DNA from: Octopus bimaculoides
Taxonomy: Eukaryota
Assembly: GCF_001194135.2 (NCBI RefSeq)
Contig: NC_068984.1
Span: 24,926,999-24,990,998 of the forward strand
DNA: 64,000 nucleotides
Direction: 5' to 3'
This document shows, one piece after another, positions 25,301 through 39,526 of this stretch. A program made the translations under genes and the position numbers. Position 1 is the first letter of the stretch. Every line of letters begins with the position of its first letter. Under the pieces are notes generated by a model. The model worked only from the letters and a program-made list of their open reading frames with translations. It had not been told where the DNA came from and made no database searches.

Positions 25301-28300
25301 TGCTTAGTTTTGAAACCAACAGTTTATTAATGACACTTTGTTTCAATCAACCCAGCTGAAAATACACATCACTAACTATTTCAAAACTAATTGGGTGATA
25401 ATATGAAAATGTAGATAAATGCAAAATTATATGAATTTGCAGGACCATTCTACCCATGCTGGCATGAAAATGATATAATTGTAACACATTATAAGAACAA
25501 AATAAAAAGATACAGTAAAACAGAATCAGGAAACTCGATTAATTATTGAGAAAAAGACAAGAATTATTTAAGAATTTGTTTGAAATGAAGGTCATTATGC
25601 AGTTCTTCTTTTGTTAAGTAGATGATTGCTCAATATTTTAATTAAGGTGTTTTATATAAAGAAGATAAATAATCAATTAAGCTTTTGTTATCTAGTTTAC
25701 TTTGAGTTAAATATTTGGAAGCAGACTTCAATTTATAAACTTATACAACAGTGCATTCTTCAAATAAATTCATTTATATATATATATGAGGTGGTGAGGC
25801 AAGACCTTCGTACATTGGGCCTCACCGAGGCGATGACTACGGACCGAGACCTTTGGAAATGGGCTGTGCGTGAGAAGACCCGGCAAGCCAAGTAAGATCG
25901 TTGCCAGTGCCCCTGGACTGGTTCTTGTGCGGGTGGCACATGAGATGCACCATTTTGAGCGTGGCCGTTGCCAGTACCGCCTGACTGGCTCCTGTAGGAT
26001 TTTCGAGCGAGATCGTTGCCAGTGCCCCTGGACTGGCTTGTGCGGGTGGCACATAAAAGACACCATTTCGAGCGTGGCCGTTTTCGTGCGGGTGACACGT
26101 AAAAGCACCCACTACACTCTCTGAGTGGTTGGCGTTAGGAAGGGCATCCAGCTGTAGAAACTCTGCCAAATCAGACTGGAGCCTGGTGTTGCCATCCGGT
26201 TTCACCAGTCCTCAGTCAAATCGTCCAACCCATGCTAGCATGGAAAGCGGACGTTAAACGATGATGATGATGATGATATATATATATATATATATATACA
26301 GTATTAAATTCATAAAAGAGGAGAAACAAAGTTATATAAAGTTCATGCTTTTCTCAAGAACAATTATGTAGAAAATGGCTGCAATCATGAATGGAAACAG
26401 GTTTTCAAACTGACTTTATAAATTACTTAACAAGGTTTGTCACACTCAATTAAAACATGGTTAAATATACATTTATAAGCTTTTAATGCTTAAACGGTGG
26501 CTTATACTAAACTTCTTTCAATACATTAGTTAAAAGCTAAGTGCAGTCATCTATTTAACAGATAATCCTCCAGAAAACAGTTTTTAACCTAGAAAGAGCC
26601 TGATACAAATAATAGTTGCATATCTTTTTGTTGATCACAAACTTGATTTAAAATAAAATGATAAAAATAGACTGAAGATAATCATAAAAGGTCATTTCGG
26701 TGAAATGATATGATAACTACAACATATATATACGTGTGCGCGCATATGTGAGTTAACATGCTTACCTGTGGATTATCCAACTGTTATGCAAAAAGGAAAT
26801 AATCAAAATAAGGATTAACTATAAAACTTTACAAACAATATATCAATGAAATATATTGATGAAATAAAGCAGTATCTTTCACCCTTTTTCAATAAAAGCA
26901 TTCAAAGACATATCAATGAATGCCACTCTTTACTGTTTATTCTCTCACAACCTTTTCAAAAATTATTTCCATTTTACCTAATATTGTAAGTTTATTAATG
27001 TAATGAGCCTAAAAATCTGGGTTTCTTGCTGTACCCAGTAGTTCCTGACAGGGCTCTTTAACCCATTTGTTACTATATTTCTGTTGAAATGTGGTACCTT
27101 TTGCTTTAACTAATTTCTAAAATGATGAAGAATTTAGTAAAATAATTTTGGTTGATGTTTGGAACATAAACTAATAAGAATTTGGATGGAAGATTTGGAT
27201 CACTTCAAAATAAGAAGTTTGTGTCATAGAACCAGTGATGGTCTGTGGGTTGGTTTTGAAAAGGTTATATGTCAGGGCACTGTAGCAGAGGAATAATTTC
27301 ATATTGAACTCATAAGAATTTAAAATGCACCTTGTTAATATATGCTACAAATAGCTTGCTGGTTTAATATCATTTAATCATAAAGTCCATGTTCAATTCT
27401 AAAATGAGTTGGATGATTTGACAGGATTCAATGAACCCAAGAACTGCATTATGATCCAGTGCCTGCTTTGGTATGGTATATATGACTGGATGCCCTTCTC
27501 CACACCAATTATTTTTCAGTATGTACTGATTACTTTTTTCATAGCAGCAGCACTACTGAAGTTATCATGCAGCTCACAAAACACTATGAACCCTGGTAGG
27601 TAACATTATGCTAGGAAATGAGGGCTAAATGTATGAGAAAAAGGGCTAGAGCAGAACAGGTCTGTTGCTGTAAATGAGCTACATAACTACTCACAGGTTT
27701 TTACTGGAACACAGCTTTATTGCTGAGTAAGGGTGGTAAGCAAGTGTCTAAAGAGATAGAATTAGGGAAGAGAGTAGGAAGTGGTAGTTTAATGTGAGAG
27801 AAAGGATGAGTTAGGAAGTGATAAGAATAGTGGGTTGAGTCAGAGATTTAGTTACAGGTAAGGAGATTGGTGCATGAATGAGAGATAAGGTGATGGCGAA
27901 AAACCAGAGAATATCCTCAAGATAACACACCTAAGAGAACATGGTAAAAAAGAATTGGGGACAGTGGGTAAAGGCTATCAGAACGAAAGCCCTCTTAGTC
28001 GAGCATCCTGATTTGGAAGGATAGACAAAGTGGGGGCAGCAAGATATAGGTGATGGAGGTGGCAGGGTTGCAGATATTTAATCTTTTTGATACCAAACTG
28101 GCTGAAACTGCCTCTGGCTCTGTAGTACAAATGTCTTGTTTTCAAAAGTTCTGAATTAAAATCTTCCACCAAACCTTAGTCAAAATTTATGTTCCTAGCA
28201 CTAGCTTAATGATAACTAAGTTATTTTGTTAAATTCTTTGCTATATTTAAAATTAATTGAAAGAAACAACAGAAATATAGTAACAAAAGGGTTAATATGA

Positions 28301-30592
28301 GAGGTTTTGGGTTTCCTTTTTTATTATGAATATCATAGTACAAGGAGTAGAAGAGGAGACAATGGGTAAATGTGAGGGTATATAATGGGCAGTAACATCC
28401 AGGTATTATCTTTTTTTTAGAGTTTATATATATATATATTTTAGACTAAAGCAGTAAACATGTTGGGTATTCTAGTTGATATCTGATCTAAAAACAATGC
28501 TGAGTTCAAGTTTGGTACCTTGTTTTCTGAGTTTACATTCTGATGCACCTTTTGTCTTCCTGGAGGTGAGAAAATATATTTGTCAGGTACATCTTTACAC
28601 TGTGAAATTTATTAACTCTAAATTAATTAAAAGTTGATAAAATGGCCTCTAGACTTATCTGTGTGATTCAGTGGTGAACATGAATAATCTAAATCAATAT
28701 ATGCAAATATACACTAGTGAAATTTGGTTAATGAGCATCTATTTATTGATAAATATATCAAATAACAGCTGTTGCACCCCAGAATATCTATAATATTTTG
28801 AGAAAAAAATAATAAAAACTTGGGAAATTGCATAACAGCTGTTTTATACCTCAAAATAACCATGATTTAACTATTATATACAAAACTATGTAAAAACAAC
28901 TATACTCTAGAACTACTAGTGACACCTAGTGAAGGGTTGACTACTTAATGTGCCATATTACATATATATATCTGTATGGGTGTGAAATGGAATTATCAAT
29001 AAATTACAAAATGAAATTATTACAGTTTTTGACTGTGTTATCTTTTATAGTACCATGCAAACTAGCATTATAAACAGTTTCTTATAATGAAGGTAGGAAG
29101 AAAATGTAAGAGGAAGGGGTAAGATTATAGCAGAAAATTGTGAAGCAGCTCAAAAGGTTGTGGAACCTCTGTACCAGAACAATAGTTGTGAACAGCAGTG
29201 AGAAACCATTTTATTACCAAAGATGTATAGAAAGTCCAAAAGAACCCACCAGGTATAGCAGCCCTGATAAAATAATGAAATTTTCTTTAAATTTACAAAT
29301 TTGTAGGCATGCGACTTATATTAATTTACTGTTTTTGGTCAGAAGATTCAAACCAATTTTTCATATGGATTTTCAGAGACTTTTCAGTGAGCAGTTTCAA
29401 ATATGAATGCATGCGAAATTTCACCCTTGAGCACCAGAGAACATATATAGAAGTTCTACAACAGAGGAGTTAAAATACTGTTACCATAGACTAAAAACGC
29501 ACTTTGTTAACAGATTTATCTCAATGAAGGAACATTTACTTTAGGGGTGTCAAATTCATTTGGCTTTATGGGCCAAGAAGAAACATAAAATAGATCTAGC
29601 AGATCAGATAGGGACAATTATTGTTAAAAACCCTATTCATAATGTTAACCAAAATAAATGGATAAAAAGGGCCAATATACCTTACAATTTTATTAATAAC
29701 AAATGAAAAGAATATGAGATGTTAGCAAACTGTGTAGAGGTGTGTGTTTATATTATGTATATGTATATGTATGTGTGTGTGTGCGTGTGTTATTAGATAG
29801 GAGTCTGTAGTAGGCAAACAGAGTTAGAAAGTGTCCAAACGAATGCATACAGCTCTTGGGAAGAGCAATACTTGATAGGAAACTTGCAGTGTTTCAGGGT
29901 CACATCTTACAAGATGGATTCATAATCTTTTCAATTAGTTGAGATAACAAAAGAATTTCTAAAGTACACTGATTTGATGAATCAGAACCAGTTTTCATCA
30001 CAACTCTGGACACATGCTAGCAATATATATTTCACAAAATATCCTTACATAAACAAAAAACCAAAAAACAAAGTTTGGTTAGAGAGTATTTTGATTTGAT
30101 AGAATGACGTGTCTCTCTAAGAACTCAATCCAAATCCGATTGGGATTGAGTGAGGTTCATTAGTCCAGGGTCAATAAAATATATTTTTTTTTTAGCTTTA
30201 ATTTTTTACTTGTTTCACTCATTGGACTGTGGCCATGTTGGGGCATTACCTTGAAGGGATTTAGTCAAACAATTTGCCCCTTGTACTTATTTCTGGGTGT
30301 GGTACTTATTTTATCAGCCTCTTTTGCTGAAGGACTAGGTTATGTGTATATAAACAAACCAACACCAGTTATCAAGGTGACGGTGGGAGACAAACACACA
30401 CGCATTTAAATATATATATAACAAGCTTCTTTCAGTTTTCATCTACCAAATCTACTCACAAGGTTCTGGTCAGTTCAGGGCTATATTAGAAGACACTTGC
30501 CCAAGGTGTCATGCAGTGGGATTAAACCCAGAACCATGTGGTTATAAGGCAAGTTTTTTTTTACCACACAGTCATGCCTACATATATATGCC

Positions 30593-30631
<39 letters not shown>

Positions 30632-32075
30632 TATAAACAGATATATGTAGCATGGCTGTGTGGTAAAAAGTTTACTTTCCACATGGTGGTCCTGGGTTCG
30701 GTCCTACTGCCTTGTATCTTGTGCAAGTGTTTTCTACTATAACCCTAGGCTAACCAAAGCCTTGTGAGTGGATTTAGTGGACAGAAACTGAAAGAAGTCA
30801 GTCATGTATGGGTGTCTATATCTTTGTGATGTCTCACCACCACTTGAAACTGGTGTTGGTGTATACGCTTCCCATAACAGTTTGGCAAAAGAGATTGGTA
30901 TAATAAGTGCCAGGCTTAACAAAAGTACTGAGATCGATTCATTGAACTAAAGATTCCAGGCAATGCCCCAGCATGGCCACAATTGAAGGACTGAAACAAG
31001 TAAAATATATGAGAGAATTGCAGTTGGCCAAGTGTCATACTATCAGTCAACAATGCATATCCTGTGCCAAATCTATGTTGTGTCTATGACTAAGATTACG
31101 TATGTGTGTGTGTGAGGCAATGACAGAACTTTGGCATCACGTTGTGCTTAAGAAGACTCATCAAGCCAAGCAAAATCACAGTCATGGCAGATACTGGTGT
31201 CATGTAAATGGCACTCATGCTGGTGGCACATAAAAGCACCCATTACACTCTCAAGAGTGGTTGGCGTTAGAAATGGCATCCAACTGTAGAAAACCATGTC
31301 CAATCAGACTGGAGTCTAGTGCAGCCTTCCAGCTTACCAGCCCTAATCAAACCGTCCACCCATGCAAGCATGTAGAACAGACATTAAATGATGAGGATGA
31401 TATATATACACACACACACACACACATAGATAACACTCACACATACACATTCATTCACACAGACACACACAGTTTATTCAGACTAATGCAATAACCTTTT
31501 ACTATGGAGTTTTGCTGGCATGTTGGTTCCTTGAACAGAAAAAAGATGGGAAAACTCCACAGTAACAAGTGACTAAATCAGCCAAAGAAAATTCTATGGT
31601 ATTTTTTTTTCTTCTTTTATTCCTTGAATCCATGGATATATATATATGTTATAAAGGGTCTTTATATAACTGAATATCCAACACAAGTTAGGCAACACAA
31701 CAAATTTATTGAAATTTTTAGGTGAACAGCAGCATCAGTGTCTAATAAATTTAAGTTGTAAGAATATATCAAAGGTTTACAGTTTCATTCAATTTGCAAA
31801 GTACCTATTTAGGGAATTTCATCTTAGTTTCTCTGGCTCATACAGTTTCTCGTACAGAGATTCTAGGTGTAATTTATACAGTCAAATACAAGAAAGAAAT
31901 TAAGTAAAAGGCAAAGGAGAAAGAGGAACTGAAGTTGCCAAAATAACAGGATTGTTCAGTTCCTCTGCAACCAATTTATGAAGTAATACTTAGCAGATAT
32001 TGTAAGAAATAAGATAAGGCGTGGCAGTTTTTGTATCTGTTTATCTACATCTAAAGTGTGGGTGTGTGATTAATG

Positions 32076-32110
<35 letters not shown>

Positions 32111-33626
32111 CTTTGCATGTGTATATAAATGTGCATGTTTACTTTTCACCTATTACCTGAACTGGAGGTAATAACTTGCATGTGTGAGTAGTTCTGTGTG
32201 TGAGTAGATGTATGTGTGTGTGTGTGTGCTTGTGTGTATGAGTAGGTGTGTGCCTGTGTGTATGAGTAGGTGTGTGCATGTGTGTGTGTGTGTATGTGTG
32301 TAGTTTGCTTAATATGCATGGCTGCTATATTGCTGACATCCTTCCTTAGTTAATTCCAGAAATTCCAAACATCTGACTGAGAACTAGTATAATATTCATA
32401 GGATAACACTATAATGACACTATCTCCCACCACCACTTACAAATAAATAAATGAATAAATAAATAAATAAATAGAAAAGTGGGTGCCATAGGAGAATGTA
32501 TGTAGTAACAGCCTAATTAATTTAAACAGTAACAAACTAGGCAGAAAGTAAAGCAACTGGTTGTCAACTTCACAGAATACCTTTCAACTAGATGACACTT
32601 ACTCTAGACTTCTTTCTGTTTCTCAACCATATTTCCTTTTAATACACATTACTATTCTACTTTATCAATCTGATTTCTCTGGTATCTTTTACTTGTTTTA
32701 GACACTGGACGACCCCAGTATTTCTTTTTAAGCCTGGTACTCATCATCATCATCATCGTCGTCGTTGTTTAACGTCCACTTTCCATGCTAGCATGGGTTG
32801 GACGATTTGACTGAGGACTGGTGAAACCAGAGGGCTACACCAGGCTCCAACCTGATTTGGCAGAGTTTCTACAGCTGGATGCCCTTCCTAATGCCAACCA
32901 CTCAGAGAGTGTAGTGGGTGCTTTTACATGCCACCAGCACGAAGGCCAGTCAGGTGGTCATCATATCAATCCCCTTTTGCCAAACTACTAAGTTATGGGA
33001 TGTAACCAACCAACACTGCTTTTCAAATGGAGGTGGGACAAAAACACACACACACACACACACATGTTGGGCTTCTTTCAGTTTCCTCTTACTAAATCCT
33101 TTATTGAATCCACTCTCAAGACTTCGGTTGGCCCAGGACTATAGTTGAAGACACTTAACCAAGAGGCACATAGCAGGACTGAACATGGAACCATGTGGTT
33201 GAGAAACTCACTTCTTATTACATAGCAGTGCCTGCATCTTTTTTTTTCCTTCTTAAATTAAAGTTAAACATTCATACCCTCACATACCCTGCCACTGTGG
33301 TTGAGTAAAGCTTAAAAATACCACCACCTCTAATTCACATCTCTTCCTCTCAACTTATATCGTCAGACAAATTTTAAAGTAATAAAACACTAAAATGTCT
33401 TGTTGAAACAACAAAAAAGAAAAGTTTACTTTGTCATCGTTGTTGTTGAGTGACCTCCCATTAATAACAACTCGAGGAAGTCTCATAGCATTCATTTAAT
33501 CAACCAGATGTTGAATGTTTAGGAGCATCTCAGATGTCCAGAATTCTAGACATACCACATATCTACACATGCATATATCTGTCTGTACATGCACTCATCT
33601 TCATCTGCACACACATATACTTAGCC

Positions 33627-33665
<39 letters not shown>

Positions 33666-35171
33666 GGAGAGAGATCGAGAGAGAGAGATCAGATGTATAT
33701 GCCCACACACATGTTGGCTTTGGTTGATAATCTAATATTCTAATTAATGAATTTATTCCGTGTTTATCCAAACTTTATAAGTCACATTTATCCTGAAATT
33801 GAGAAACTTAAAACATTTGCTCATCTTAAAAGCTATAAATAGAAATGTATCCATGACAAAATAAATTGAGGTGGAGTTTCCCCTTATTATAACTGAAATG
33901 CTATGTACTGTAGGATTAGGGAAATCTCTTAGCAAGCCCATTTTGTGACCCAATTTTGATTCCTTCAAGGCAAGAATCCACTTGACTTAATTACTGAAAA
34001 AGAGGAAAGAATATCATTCATTCTCTTTTTATAGTATTGAGCTGAACTAAAACTTTTATATTAATCACTGACAGTCTAATGAGATTTTCTTTTTCTTTTT
34101 AAGGCATGGCTGTGTGGTTAAGCAGCTCACTTTGCAGTTATGTGGTTTGGGGTTCAATCCCACTGTGCACCACCTTGGGTGAGTGTCTTCCATTCAATGT
34201 CTTGTGAGTGAATTTAGTAGCCAGAAGTTGTATGGAAGCCTATCACATTTATGTGTTTGTGTGTGTGTATGTGTGTATGACTCTCTTAAGGTAGCCAAAT
34301 GCCTAGTCATCTGAGCTCAAATTCTGTTGAGGTCGACTTTACCTTTCATCCTTTCAGGGTCAATAAATTAAGTACCAATTGAGCACTGAGGTCGATGTAA
34401 TCTACTATCCCCCTCCCCACAAATTTCAGGCTTTGTGCCTTTAATAGAAAGGATTATTATCATCATTCTTGCAGAATTGTTAACACACCAGATAAAATGC
34501 TAAGGGACATTTCTTCTGACTCTTTACATTCAAATTCCATTGAGGTTGATTTTACCTTTTTATCCTTACAAGGGTTGATAAAATATGTACCAGCTGAACA
34601 CTGGGGTCGATGTTATCTATTCGATTTTCTCTTCACAAAATTTAAAAACTTGTATTAATAGCAGAAAGAATTATTATTTAAATTTGCAATAAAATAGTAG
34701 ATGGGTGTTGTGAACATGATGCTAGCTTCCAGACAGCTGAATTTGTGACCCAGTCTCAGCTCTCAGGTGAAGCCATTTCTCTGAGATTGTTAATGCTCTT
34801 CAGAAAACATGAATAATGTACACTTATTTCTTTCTCTGTAAATATGAGATCTACTTAATTAGGAAATCTTTATATTATTTTAAATGAAATTTATAAAGAG
34901 GAAAATTACCACTTGACGATGAGTAAGAGTGTGGATGTTAGAACTGGTAAGCTTATTTCTTAGGTTGAAGAAACAGTTTTTATCTACTCAAAATGTGTCA
35001 AATACAACAGAACAGACTTCGTGATTAAGCAAGTGCTTGTTGTAGAATATGTTTTCAAACCAAATACTAAATCTACTTAACTGAGCCAACAAGGGTGTTG
35101 CCACAAGATGACTCAATATGCTAAAAATATCAAAATTCTCTCAATTCACTATATCTACCTATCTGTCTATC

Positions 35172-35205
<34 letters not shown>

Positions 35206-35851
35206 GTCATATTTTATCATGTTTCCTATAGTTACATGGGATTTAATGGGATCTAACAGATTAGAGGACCGTTATAGTCCAATATCTGCTTTGGCATGAT
35301 TTCTACCACTGAATGCCATTCCTAAAGTCAACCACTTTACAGAGTGTACTGGGTACTTTTTTGTGCCACCAGCAGGATATGTAATTTAATGAATACAGGA
35401 GTTATACTTCCAATTTCATGCTTGGATAGTACAGAAATTGTATACTATACAGGCTTGTATTGCATATCATGCACAATCTGACAATCAATCAGACTTAAAT
35501 ATAACATACTATGCCAGATCATGCATAGTATACTATACAACCGCATAAAGTTATTGCACTATTCAAAAAAATTTTCCAAGAGTTCATTTAACTCCTGTAT
35601 TTATAAATTGTATGTTACCCAAACCTGAAATGCGCATATTAAATGATTTCCAAATATCACTATTTGATTTTACTTCATTATTATAACTTGATGCTAATAC
35701 AAACTAACCAGTCTAGACTCCACTTATGCAGATATTATAACAATGATTAAAAGTAGTTTGTTATGTTTGACTCAAGTTGAAAATTCTGATAGTGTGTACT
35801 ACTTCTTAGCATAACAAACATGCACGCATTCAGGTGCAGGCGTGCGTGCGT

Positions 35852-35895
<44 letters not shown>

Positions 35896-36052
35896 NNNNN
35901 NNNNNNNNNNNNNNNNNNNNNNNNNNNNNNNNNNNNNNNNNNNNNNNNNNNNNNNNNNNNNNNNNNNNNNNNNNNNNNNNNNNNNNNNNNNNNNNNNNNN
36001 NNNNNNNNNNNNNNNNNNNNNNNNNNNNNNNNNNNNNNNNNNNNNNNNNNNN

Positions 36053-36089
<37 letters not shown>

Positions 36090-36213
36090 CCTTTTCTCTT
36101 AGACTTTCCTCTGTCTCGTTTCCTTCCCTGAATGTCTGCTAATACTTTGCATGTACCATGTCCTTGCTTTGTTGTTTTTTTCTTGTGTTTTTCTTCATTT
36201 TTTTAATATTAAT

Positions 36214-36248
<35 letters not shown>

Positions 36249-36467
36249 AAATATATGTCTGGTCATAGAGAGACCAAAACTCCCTAAAACCTGAGTTGAA
36301 GAAATATATGCCTTCGGCTTTACAGTCTGACAAGTCACCCATGGGGCTAAGCCCTTTATGAATGCAAAACCATTAGTCACTATAACCGACATAGACTTAA
36401 CTACTTATAAATACATTGATGTTCTATGCTTTAGAGTGTGATTCTTTTTCAGATATATGACACACTG

Positions 36468-36515
<48 letters not shown>

Positions 36516-37121
36516 TCATCAGTTTAATGCCTACTTTTCTATGCTTGCATGGATCACTTGGAATTTGTTCAAGATTTTCTACAGCTGGATGCACTTCCTG
36601 TTTCCAATTCCCACACATTTATTTCTCACTAAGATAATATTTACCCATGCTGAGCCATGTACTTCACAGAAGACTAGAAATGCACAACATCACTTGTATG
36701 ACTGACTATCACTTACAACCGCTACGGGATGTCAAGACACTGGTGCACAATCACACACATTCTTTCATCTGTTTAACATCAGTTGTTCCATGGCTTGGAC
36801 AGCAATTATTTTGAGGAAGGATTTATAGGCTGGGTACTCTTCTAAACACTAATATCCACTTGTTTTTTAAAGGATTTTTATCAGAGGGAAAGCTGGGTTT
36901 TTTTTTCTTTCAAGCCTTCATTGATCTATTTTTATTCCTCTTGTGGATGGAGTTTAAGTGGTAGCAATGTAGGTAGTGTAGAATTGTGATATGTAAGAAT
37001 AATCTTTAGCGATTATAATGGTTAGATGTCATGGAAATAGTCAATAAATTTAAATTAACAAATAACAGCTAATTAAAATTAAGTTAAGCCTTTTCAATAG
37101 ATGTATGTATAGAAGGCATAC

Positions 37122-37152
<31 letters not shown>

Positions 37153-39469
37153 CATACATACATACATAAGGAAAGAAAAAAAGAACTAAAAGAAAGAGAA
37201 AATAAAGAACAAAAGAAAAGGAAAGAAAGAAGGAAAGTGAGTAAGGAAGAAAGTCTGATTTTGTAAGAGTGTCGAGAAAAGGACAAAAAGGACAAAAAAT
37301 ATTCAATTATAATTGTAATGAGGTTATATTTGGTTTAAGAAATTAAGGGTTGATTACATTTATTATAATTTATAATCATTCAAGTATATATATGATGCAG
37401 GTGTAAGGTTAGATTTATATGCAAGCACAGATCAAGTTTGGTAGATTGTGTTGAGAGGTCACATCCAAGCAAATCTTATATTGACTTAAGAGGTTTGGTT
37501 TAAAATTCTGGCCATTGTACAGGATCAGGAAATATTAGTATTTGATGCTTTTATATATATTGCTACTTGAAAGAATGTGTGTATGTAACCGCAAAATTTA
37601 TATTCATTCCTTCATCTTAACATACATTTATGTAAATGAAAACATGAAGCTATTTGTATTATGGTGTATATACATGCCTGTGCATGGATATTATATACAT
37701 ACACACACACACACACAAACAGGAATATATATACAATCATCATCATTGTTATTATTGCTTTAACAGCCATTTTTCCATGATTGCAAAGGTTTAGTGTGAA
37801 TGCCAGATGCATTTCTGCCATATGGGCATTATCAATAGCATGTACTCAAAGCCAACCACATGCTGTGGCTAAATATCATTGGGCAGTTGTTCACAACCCC
37901 CAACAATTGTTCATTTATTGCTTTCCTCTATATCAGCGGGGTCAAATTTATATAATATATATATATAATATATATATATAATATATATATATAATATATA
38001 TACATATAATATATATATATATATATATACATATAATATATATATATATATATATACATATAATATATATATATATATATATANNNNNNNNNNNNNNNNN
38101 NNNNNNNNNNNNNNNNNNNNNNNNNNNNNNNNNNNNNNNNNNNNNNNNNNNNNNNNNNNNNNNNNNNNNNNNNNNNNNNNNNNNNNNNNNNNNNNNNNNN
38201 NNNNNNNNNNNNNNNNNNNNNNNNNNNNNNNNNNNNNNNNNNNNNNNNNNNNNNNNNNNNNNNNNNNNNNNNNNNNNNNNNNNNNNNNNNNNNNNNNNNN
38301 NNNNNNNNNNNNNNNNNNNNNNNNNNNNNNNNNNNNNNNNNNNNNNNNNNNNNNNNNNNNNNNNNNNNNNNNNNNNNNNNNNNNNNNNNNNNNNNNNNNN
38401 NNNNNNNNNNNNNNNNNNNNNNNNNNNNNNNNNNNNNNNNNNNNNNNNNNNNNNNNNNNNNNNNNNNNNNNNNNNNNNNNNNNNNNNNNNNNNNNNNNNN
38501 NNNNNNNNNNNNNNNNNNNNNNNNNNNNNNNNNNNNNNNNNNNNNNNNNNNNNNNNNNNNNNNNNNNNNNNNNNNNNNNNNNNNNNNNNATACTTATATA
38601 AATATATATATATATACTTATATAAATATATATATATACTTATATAAATATATATATATACTTATATAAATATATATATATATACTTATATAAATATATA
38701 TATATATACTTATATAAGTATATATATTATATATGTATACATATATACTTATATACATATATAAATATATATATATACTTATATAAGTATATATATTATA
38801 TATGTATACATATATACTTATATACATATATATATATATATTTATTCATGCTTATATGTATGTACGCACACACGCACACATGAATGTATATATAATTATA
38901 TATACGCACATGGAATGAGGTAATTAGGTGCAGACGTTTGAATGATGGTGATTTGGCATGGCTGATTGGGCACTGAGCCCGATTTGGCAATGGCTTTTTA
39001 GCAATAGTACTTTTTGGCACTGGAGGCAAACATACACAGCATACACACAGAAACATACATTTACAGGCAGACAGGGAGGTGTTTGTGACAATTGGTGTCA
39101 CTTAATACATCTTATTGCTTCTGTTTCTCTCCATGTTTTCTGTATACATTACCAACATTTATATTCACTGTCTATTCTACTTTATCAAAGATGTATAGCA
39201 ATACATTGGCGGATTTTTTTTTTTTTTTCCATGTTCTGTCAACGTTTTACTAATCATTATATGCAGCATGCTAAACAAACTTGTGTACTTCAGTAGTTGT
39301 GATTATAAGTTAATTGTCAACTGTTGTAATTAAATGTTTTACACTTCTAAATGGTCCCTGGGACAAAATGTCTGATGTCAAGTAAGTCACCATCAAAGCA
39401 GCAATTCCAAATAGGTGGGGCCAAAACAGCCATGCCAAAATGCCTCAGACCTATATATATAATATATAA

Positions 39470-39526
<57 letters not shown>

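Noticed and set aside
25890-26080. Short tandem units superficially like a CRISPR array
   Set aside because: Internal duplications of a LINE 3' UTR in eukaryotic DNA, with no unique spacers and no cas genes.
25837-26205. Overlapping 84-122 aa ORFs, with similar ones at 14495, 6556, 19442 and 32918
   Set aside because: Recurrent translations of the RTE 3' UTR, not genes.
29485-29490. 6-nt candidate TCTATG with upstream TGC
   Set aside because: Short tract and weak donor; cannot be told from background.
35619-35624. 6-nt candidate GTTTGG with upstream TGC
   Set aside because: Weak tract and GTAACA donor; expected by chance at this length.
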